Source: the human T2T-CHM13v2.0 reference genome, Homo sapiens
Direction: 5' to 3' (one strand)
NCBI RefSeq assembly: GCF_009914755.1
Contig: NC_060935.1
DNA length: 64,000 nt
Part shown: piece after piece, positions 54,832 to 64,000 of the stretch
How positions within the stretch are numbered: the stretch's first letter is position 1
Layout of the letters: every line of letters starts with the position of its first letter
Program-made: the position numbers and the translations under genes
Notes under the pieces: generated by a model
What the model saw: only the letters and a program-made list of their open reading frames with translations
Told to the model about the DNA's origin: nothing
Databases searched by the model: none

Positions 54832-56237
54832 TTATTGGTACATGGTATACCAAAGAAATGTTTTTCCAACAAATATATGTTCTGGAGATGTCATTCAGAA
54901 AAAGTCCAGGTAGGAGATATGGATTTGGGAGCCGTCTGTATTTAGGAGCAAAAGATATTTTGCAGAGAGAATGTAGGCTGCAAATTGAGTGGCAAAGAAG
55001 GAAGAAATGGATTCTTTAGGGGATACCAATATTTAAGGGGCAAGCAGAGAAGGAGATGCAATGAAGGAGACTGAGGAGTGGTCTCAGAAGTAAAGATGAC
55101 CCAAGAGAAAGTGAAACCAGAAGCTCAATAACTAGAGAATTTCAAGAAAGAGGTAGTGGTCAACAATGGCCAACACAAGTAAGATGAGGAATAAAACAAA
55201 GCTGTTTGTTCAGATGGCTAAGAAAGCAAGTGTCAGACCACATATAATTTTTATTTGTGTCTGTCTTCACCCCTAAGCCATGAGTCCTCAATGTAAGGGG
55301 TCAAGTTTGTTATTCAGCCTTGTATATCCAGAGGCTAACACATGCCTACAGCATAGCAGGATGTTCTCAGTGTGGTCAAAATATTATTTTTGTTATGAGA
55401 CTCTCTAATGACTCCTGTTCCTTCGAGGTCCACTTCACCCTGCTTGTCTATTAATAATGAGACAGTAAACAAAATTGAGAGAATCTCATTTCCTGTCCTG
55501 TCCTTTTTTCTTGGGGGGCCCCCAAGGAGAAGATGAGGCCAGTATTTCTTGGTACTGGACATCTTTTAAACATGAGACTGGATGATTGCAGAAGTTGAGA
55601 TGAGGTTATATGAGGGCTGGGATGGGGGGCAGCTGTCTGGTAAAAATCTCAAGGGAGATAATCTTCTTGGGGTTCACAGCATCTTTCTTTCAGCCTAATA
55701 TGCACTAGCAGGGTCCCACAGCTTGTGCGCTGGGCTGGGCCCCCAGGTGGGTCTGTTTCCAAGGCTCTATGGTAATAACCATCTTCACTCCGAGGAGACC
55801 AAATGCCCATATGTTGTGGGAGAAATTCCTCTGTTGGGTAGTAGTTGGGCTAGCCCCTTCCCCAGATTCTAGGAGCCTGGGTGACCACTTAAGGCAATGG
55901 TGATGGCCCAAGATTCTCGTGGTGGGGTTCAGGTGAGGGCAGAGTGGAAAGTCCTGGGCACACAGTTCTATGCTTGTTTAGGCATCTGCAGGCTTGTGGG
56001 ATAAATTGAGAATGGCAGGAAGAGGAGATGGTGAGCCAGAGGAAGGAGGGGGAGTGTGTGGGTTACAGGACTGCAGAGCCCCCTGCTGAGAAATTGTAAT
56101 TCTGGCCCTGTGGACCAGGTAAGAGGGAGGAAGTAAGAGGGGGTGGTGGGCTGGGAAGGTGGAGCCGGGGGAGCTCTGATTCATTCTAGTGTTGACAAAT
56201 AGGCTGGATTCCTTTCACTCGGCTGGACTTTGCCCTT

Positions 56238-56447
56238 TCAGGATATACAGCCAGCGTCAGCACACTGCTAATGGGGCTTTGAGAGTCTCCTTTTGATGAG
56301 CACGTCCCAGAAAGCAGGTATTAGCCATTTCTGCTGGGGAGGCAATGAAGGCATTTGCAGCTGAAATCGGCTTTCCTGGCTGCCCTAATAAAGCAGAGAC
56401 TTTCAAAGCCCCATTAGCAGTGTGCTGACTGCAGCTTTACATCTGGA
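56238..56447. mobile_element. MER135-like ancient palindromic element
   Basis: 34-bp inverted arms 56256-56289 and 56396-56429 (33/34 complementary), with weaker pairing inside and outside. The GGGCTTT...AAAGCCC stem resembles the base of the mir-224 precursor, which I recall overlaps MER135. Confidence 0.7.
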
Positions 56448-58198
56448 CTAGCCCAGTTTAGGAGGGGAGCGCTGGGCACTCATATCCTGGACCCCAAGGA
56501 ACAAACTGCCTCTGACCAAAGCTAGCTTCTTTTTCATCGACACACTGTGGACGCCATAGGAGAGGAACCCTGTCTCCCTATCCTTGGGATGTAGCTTGGT
56601 GCCTGGCACAAAATAGACTCCCAATAAACGTTGATGGAATTGATAAACGAGTTTGGAGGGGGGTCAGCTACTAAAAGGACCTGGAGCACCACATTATGGA
56701 CAGCTCCAGGCCCTTGGTGAGTGCTTAATATACATTTATGAGATGGATGACCGACAGGTAGGACAAACAGCGGGTTGGGAAATGAAAGGAAAGGCTGATG
56801 TGAGAGAAAAGGAAAAGTAGCTCCTCCCTCTGTCCCCCACCTGCTGAATTTTCTACAAGTAGGAGACTTCAGAGCCTTCCATGTCTCCCCAGAGAGAAGC
56901 CAGAGGAACTTTTTCTTGTTAGGCCCCAAAGGTGAGGAATGGCACGGGGGAAGGAGGACCCCTGGTTGCCAGGCTCTTTTGCAAGTTCTATATGCGGAGA
57001 AATCTACGTAGATGGGAAGGATTTTCACTTTCTAGGTGATGTAATGGCGTCTCTCATAAGTATGTGCCTTTTGCAGGTCCACAAACATATGAATGATAGA
57101 GCCAGAGTTCCAGTTCAAGTCAGTCTGCCTTCCAGGCTCGCAGTCTTTCTTCCCAGCCACCTCCAGTTTTCCCTCTGACCACAAAGCCCATGAGGAGTGT
57201 CATTCTGAATATTCACTGACTCTAGACAGATGGCCTTTTCTACCTGTTCTACAGGCGTGCACATGCCCTTCGTCAGAAAGCAGTCTAGAAGTCGTTCATC
57301 TCCACTTTCCATCATCTTCTTCCTCTTCCATGACCCTAAGCACACTTCTGGAGGATGGGTGGATGGACCAGCACGACAGCTAGCTGTTAGTTGCCAATTT
57401 CCGTCAGAACAGATAATGTTTCTCCAGGTGGATGGGGCTTCCCCACCTATCCTCCTATTTTTCTGAATACTTTCTGGTCTGGTTTCAGACCAGATCTTAC
57501 AAGAAGCTCTGTAAAGGAAAATACACAACAAATAATAAGTGGAATGAAATGGATAAATGCATAAAGACCTAGCTGGCCAGAGCGGCCTGCCCTCGTGGGT
57601 TTATCTCACATACCTGTCTTACTCATACACTGCCTGGTCTCACGGAGGCCCTCTAAGTCACTGGTGTGTGACTGGGGCTCTTTGCCCGGCCGTTCTGCCA
57701 CTTGAAAATTTCCAGTCAAGATTTAGTCACTGCACATTTTTGAGAGTCCTCTAATCAGAGAAATTAACTCTCATCAGACACAGGAATTAATCTTTGTTAG
57801 TGTTGTTGTCAGTCTAACTTTGCCTTCCTCAGTGCGAGACGTAGAGAGAGGGACGCCCTCGCAGGGAGCTGCTGCCACCATTGGCAGAGGACGCAGGCAG
57901 GCCTTCACTGAAAGAATGGGGGGTGACCCCTGCTTCTCCCTGAGTTGAAGGGTGTGTGGGATCCCCGAGGAATTCTCTGGCGTTCAGCCCTGGGCTGTGC
58001 TGTATTCAGGGCTCTAAAAACGCTGGCCGACTTGAATGTGTGAATACAGTTATGGCAGGGAGGGAGGGGAGGTGCTTTGGGAAGGATACCACAGCATAAT
58101 GGGAACAAGCTAAGAATCAGATGACAGCACACGATGAGGGGCGGTGGGGACAGGGTTCTTTACTGGTTCACCAGTTTGTTAAAAATACGGACCTGTTT

Positions 58199-58476
58199 TA
58201 TTTATTATTTATTTATTTTTTGACAGGTCTTGCTTTGTTGCCAAGGCTGGGGTACAGTGGCACGATTTCAGCTCACGGCAACCTCTGCCTCCTGGGCTCA
58301 AGTGATCCTCCAGGTAAGGAGGCTACCTTAGCTCCTGGCTAATTCTTGTATTTTTTGTAGAGACGAAGTTTTCCCATATTCCCCAGGCTGGTATCAAACT
58401 CCTAGGCTCAAGCGATCTGCACGCCTCAGCCTCCCAAAGTGCTGAGGTTACAGGTGTGAGCCACCACACCTGGCCC
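58199..58476 (-). mobile_element. AluJ
   Basis: Diverged antisense dimer. Confidence 0.88.
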
Positions 58477-58934
58477 AGACCTCTCTTTTGAAGTCATCTT
58501 TCAATGGGTGTGGGTGTGGAGTGTGTGGCAGTGAGGGCGGGGACAGACCCTTAGCTGCATTTGTGGAAGTTTGGGACCAACTTCAAGATTCAGAGAATCA
58601 TAGCCATTTTGGTTGTAGAGAAACTATAATGCTCAGAGAATCAGATTGCTGCAAAGTAAATAAATGTGATGTTAACACCATCATCCATAATATATATTTC
58701 ATATCCTCTCATTTGCTCATGAAAAATATATTATGTAGACTTGTCTATTATCATCGTATTCATTCACTCATAGCACTTGATTTTGTTAGTGTCAAGCTAT
58801 CTCTATATTCAAGTCAGTAGTCATCAGCTATTGTCATTAGCATTCTAGAACATCTTTTCACTTTAAGTTACATTTTCTTATATACGTGTTTCTTTGGCAG
58901 GATTAGAAAATTTGGGGGCCTTTGTTTCTGAGTG

Positions 58935-59100
58935 AGGAGTAGTAAGGAAAGCACTGGGAACCAGGAGAGATGACTTCCATCTTGTCTTCTCATGGCGTGC
59001 TCTGTGACCTTGGAAAATTCACATCCTCTTGCTGGTCAGTTTCTCCATCTGTAAAATGTTGGTATCAGACAAGATAATCTCTAGGGTCTCTTCTAATCTT
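58935..59100 (+). mobile_element. MIR
   Basis: ctgtgaccttggaaaattcac..cagtttctccatctgtaaaatg. Confidence 0.7.
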
Positions 59101-60616
59101 TACTTTGTCTGTGAGTTGTTACTGAGAAAGTAGAGCAGGAAAATGGACTTAGATATCTATGGCCCAGAAGGAGATCAGAGTTTCTGGATAATTTGGGACA
59201 CAGTGGCCAGCATATAAGTTGCTCCGTGGCCACATTTCAGAGCCACAGGAGGATCCCACCTGGATAGGGCTGTTTCATACTCTCCGTTTCTTGGATGATC
59301 ACTTTCTCTGCTACTGGGATTAAAAAAAAAAAAAGAAAAAAACCTCCAAGACAAGTCACTTTCTCATTGGCCTGTGACATGCTACATGAACCATCTATAT
59401 TATGGATGCAACCATGGATGCTGCCAACGTTGATTCATACCTTGGCGACCTCATGGATCACTGACAGCCATGCCACCTGGCAAGCTGCCTGGAATTCACC
59501 AGGGCCTGTCAGAAGCCCCAGCTGCACCTCCATTTTGCAGGCAACCACAGGCCTGGCTTTCTACCCTTGGGTTTTAAGCCTACTATTATCAGTCTAACGA
59601 ACAATCACATCCTCAAATCAAAAGTCAGGAGTTCTAAGAGGAGCAATGCTGCTCATGGAACTGAGTGGTGACTTGCAGAAGTACAATGAGATAACAAAGT
59701 GTCTTTCAGACATCTTTTCATAATCCAAAGCCCTAGGTAGCCGATAAACAATGCACCGCCAGCCAGGCTGAGTTCGTGCTATCTTGTTGACTGAAGCATT
59801 CATTGTGAGGCTTCCTGGGCATCCTATTATGGGGGAAAGGAGGACTCTGACCATTTCTGCATAGTGTACATTAATCTGAGGGCTGCATGACACCTTTACT
59901 TCATGGTCTTTGTCTCATCGGGTGTCGCGAGGGAGGGCGAGTTGCTCTCTCTGGTTTTGGACACTTGCTTTTTGATCTTTTTTGCTGCCTTTGATTTTTT
60001 CCTTTTGGCTTGAGGAAAGGTGGGTTGTCCTGGATAGAGCCTTGTGCCTGGCTTAGCATGCCATGCGCTGGAGGAGCATAACCCTGAACATTCACCAGTG
60101 GGTCCAGGGCCAAGGTTAACAGATCTCCTTTCCTGACCTTTACGCTCAAATGATCTCATCAGACCGAACTAGGCGCACAGCTACAAAATACGCCCCCCCC
60201 AAACACAACCACCTCCACCACCACCGCGGTTCTAAAACTCCTCCCACGAATCGAGTTGCAAGAGATTGAGGAAGGATTAAAGGGAGAAGTGACTGAGTAA
60301 TAAAGGTCAATGTCATTTTCTGAGAACACTAGCACGTAGAGAATATTTGGCACCTGACAAAGTGGCCATTTCCCAGACTTGCAAGTTGATCCCTATGTAG
60401 GGCTTGAGTCTTAAAAGAGATAATACCACATGCTTCAAATATAATAGACAATGGGACTAAAATAAATTTAAATAAGCTTTCCCTTTTCGTATTTTTTCTA
60501 TGGTTTTATGAAAGTCAGCAAGCAAGGCTACAGAGGAAAAAGCAGTAGTTTTGAAATCAGACTGGAATTTGAGTTCCCATCATTTCTATGTTCCTGTTTA
60601 CAAATCTCTAGAGTGG

Positions 60617-60765
60617 GGCTGAGTCAGGTGGCTCATGCCTGTAGTCTCAGCTACTTGGGAAACTGAGGAGGGAGGATCACTTGAGTCCAGGAGTTCCAGT
60701 CCAGCCTCAGCAACATAGCGAAACTTTTTCTTCCCAACCACCCCCACCTCTGAAAAAAAAAAAAA
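60617..60765 (+). mobile_element. FLAM/Alu monomer within a MIR
   Basis: Single monomer with poly(A); TSD-like agagtgggg/aaagtgggg. Confidence 0.8.
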
Positions 60766-60883
60766 CTATAAAGTGGGGAATAATAGTACTTTCTTCATTA
60801 TTGTTGTGAGGTTCAGGGTGTATGTAAAGGGCATGGCACATAATAGGTGCTCAGCAAATAAAAGTGTTACTTATTCAGGAGCA

Positions 60884-61363
<480 letters not shown>

Positions 61364-61624
61364 TTGAATTGCTTTTATTGCCCTTTCTGTCCAGATTTGC
61401 CAAGAATCAACTATCTAGGTGTAGTAAGAGACTGAGTCTCTGAATGGCGAAAAGGGCTAATTTTGCTACCCTGGGGTTGGGAGTCTTTATGATTTGTTGT
61501 GGAGATGGGCAACTGCCTCACAGCCAGTAGGGAATGAACACTTTTTGTATATTCCTAGGTAGGAAGGAACAGCAGTGGCTTGGGCCCTGCATCTGGTGTA
61601 AAGAGGAATGCTGACCAACCTTTA

Positions 61625-62205
<581 letters not shown>

Positions 62206-62269
62206 TTTTGTTGATTTATAGTGATAATAGAGATGACGATAAATAATAACCCAGTTGCATTTAACAAAT

Positions 62270-62480
62270 ATTTTCATTGTGTCAGGGTCTCTAAGTGCTT
62301 GGCATCTATTTTCTTACTTGTTCTGTAACAGTCTTGTGAGGTGGGTAGTATTGTTTTCCTTTTAGTGATGAAGAAAATGAAGCTCAGAGATATTAAGAAA
62401 CTTTCCCCAGAGGACGCAGCCATTAAATGGCAAACCTAGGATTTGAACCTATATTCATCTGATTGCAAAGCCTATGCTGG
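62270..62480 (-). mobile_element. MIR
   Basis: gatgaagaaaatgaagctcagaga.attaag..ggatttgaacc..tctgattgcaaagcc. Confidence 0.7.
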
Positions 62481-63629
62481 TAAAAATCAATCAGTGTTTT
62501 TCCCTGCATAGTAGAGGTTGCCTCACCTTAGAGTCAGAGACTTTGTCTTGTGGATGATAGAACATTTGCCAGGCTATTTTAGCCCCATGATTTGAGCTGG
62601 GCTGGAAGTGTCCTAAACTGACCAGTAGTTGTGCCATATAAAGGGATAAGAGGTCAGTGGGAGTGGATGATGGATGGCATAAACCTGGCCATTGCAATAT
62701 GAGCATGCTGGCTGTATTGACACGAGGCTGACCCAGACAGACTTTGACCTTAGTTTGATCTCCCACCATTCAAGAAAAGCTTCCTTCAGCTTCAAATGGC
62801 CTTACTTGGAGCTCAGCTGTACAGAAAGGGTAAGTGAGCTGTCTAGGCCCAGACCAGGCCTCATCTCTGTGTGTGTGACGTCTATTGTTTGGGTAGAGTA
62901 CTACAGAAAAAAAAAAAATCCTAATGAGCCTTAATATGGGAGGAAATGGCCATCCTAAAAATAACGCCAGGCTCTGTGGAGTAATGACATCATTAGGCAA
63001 CTCCAGCCTAGAGGGATTCTAAGCACTTTTGACTAGACATTTTATTTCAGCACAAGATGTATCAAGTAGATCTATTATGCTTGTCAGCCCAAGCCAGGGT
63101 TGCAAGGCAAGAATTAAGTGAAAGGCTCATGTGAAGGGCCATGACACTTCCTTTAATCACATTTTACATAATTGGAATAGTTGCTATTTCCAAATCTTTG
63201 GCTGGGCAGTCTTCATGACCACAACAAAACAGATCTGGGAAGAGAAGAAACTCTATCATCTGGAGAGGACCTGGCATTTTAACTTAATTCTAAGTCGTGG
63301 GGAGGAGAAGAGGCCTGGGGAACTGGATTAACCAAGAGCTGCTGACAAAGACGGAAGTAGATGTCATGGAGAATTCCTCGGCTCTGGGATTATCCTCCTC
63401 TTTTTGGCTGACAAGTGAGCAGAAGGTTTTCTACTTCCCATGGTTTTTTTCCCTAACAAGTTCCTAGGATCATGCATGAAATAACAAGGCTTTATCATCT
63501 TCTGTTTAGCTTTCTCTACTTGGCCATGAGCTCAGGGAGGCCAGGATTGGATTTATGCATTCCTTCCTCCCCAGCACTCAGCATAGTGCCTGGCGCGTAT
63601 TGTGATGCTCAATAACAATGTGTTGAATT

Positions 63630-63720
63630 ACTTTGGGAGGTCATGGCAGGAGGATTGCTTGAGCCCAGAAGTTCAAGACCAGCCTGGCAACATAGTGAGA
63701 CCCCCGTCTCAATTAAAAAA
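63630..63720 (+). mobile_element. Alu left-monomer fragment
   Basis: actttgggagg..caagaccagcctggcaacatagtgagacccc. Confidence 0.8.
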
Positions 63721-64000
63721 CTATATAGATCTAGATCTAGATTGTACATATATATATAAATTTAGATCAAATGCCCATGAATTAGTTTTGTAAATGGTGA
63801 GGGACTATTTTGTACATCTCTGTTTGTTCACTTGCAAGAGGTTATTATTAATGTATCGTAGCCCCAGGAATAGAAGGGGAAGCCGGTCCTTCTCCATCAG
63901 AGCAGTGAAATGTGCACTGGACTAGGGGCAAAGAGACCTGCATGCCATGGCTTCAGTCAAGTGGTTCTAACAACTCAGGGTCCCTTCATGTAAAGTAATG

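Noticed and set aside
57870-57890. ctgccaccattggcag as a CTCF or NFI site
   Set aside because: It mismatches core CTCF positions and has the wrong half-site orientation for NFI; a short palindrome like this is expected by chance.
63725-63738. 14-bp palindrome tagatctagatcta
   Set aside because: It is low-complexity sequence next to an Alu fragment tail, with no supporting context.

Overview
Human (primate) genomic DNA, recognisable as the 5' end of CADM1 (TSLC1/IGSF4/SynCAM1/Necl-2; chr11q23 from prior knowledge). CADM1 is transcribed on the minus strand. Coding exon 1 (11513..11390, [41 protein letters not shown](G), the signal peptide) lies in a ~2.5 kb CpG island and is missed by the ORF track. 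Bases 1-11389 are the start of intron 1, and ~11.7-64 kb is gene-poor upstream DNA. That upstream DNA holds an old, full-length processed ferritin light chain (FTL) pseudogene that still has an iron-responsive element (IRE), a MER135-like ~200 bp hairpin, many Alu/L2/MIR/L1/CR1/MaLR/ERVL/hAT/Tigger remnants, and several small duplications whose mechanism can be read from the sequence. No other real protein-coding exon, RNA gene or CRISPR array is visible. I see no convincing new multi-gene system. The best leads are regulatory: the CADM1 promoter module (tandem TAATGARAT/POU sites that double as a uORF, opposite-strand G-quadruplexes overlapping CTCF motifs), intronic kappaB sites, the MER135 hairpin and the FTL pseudogene IRE. 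Repeat subfamily names come from recalled consensus sequences, and repeat boundaries are approximate.
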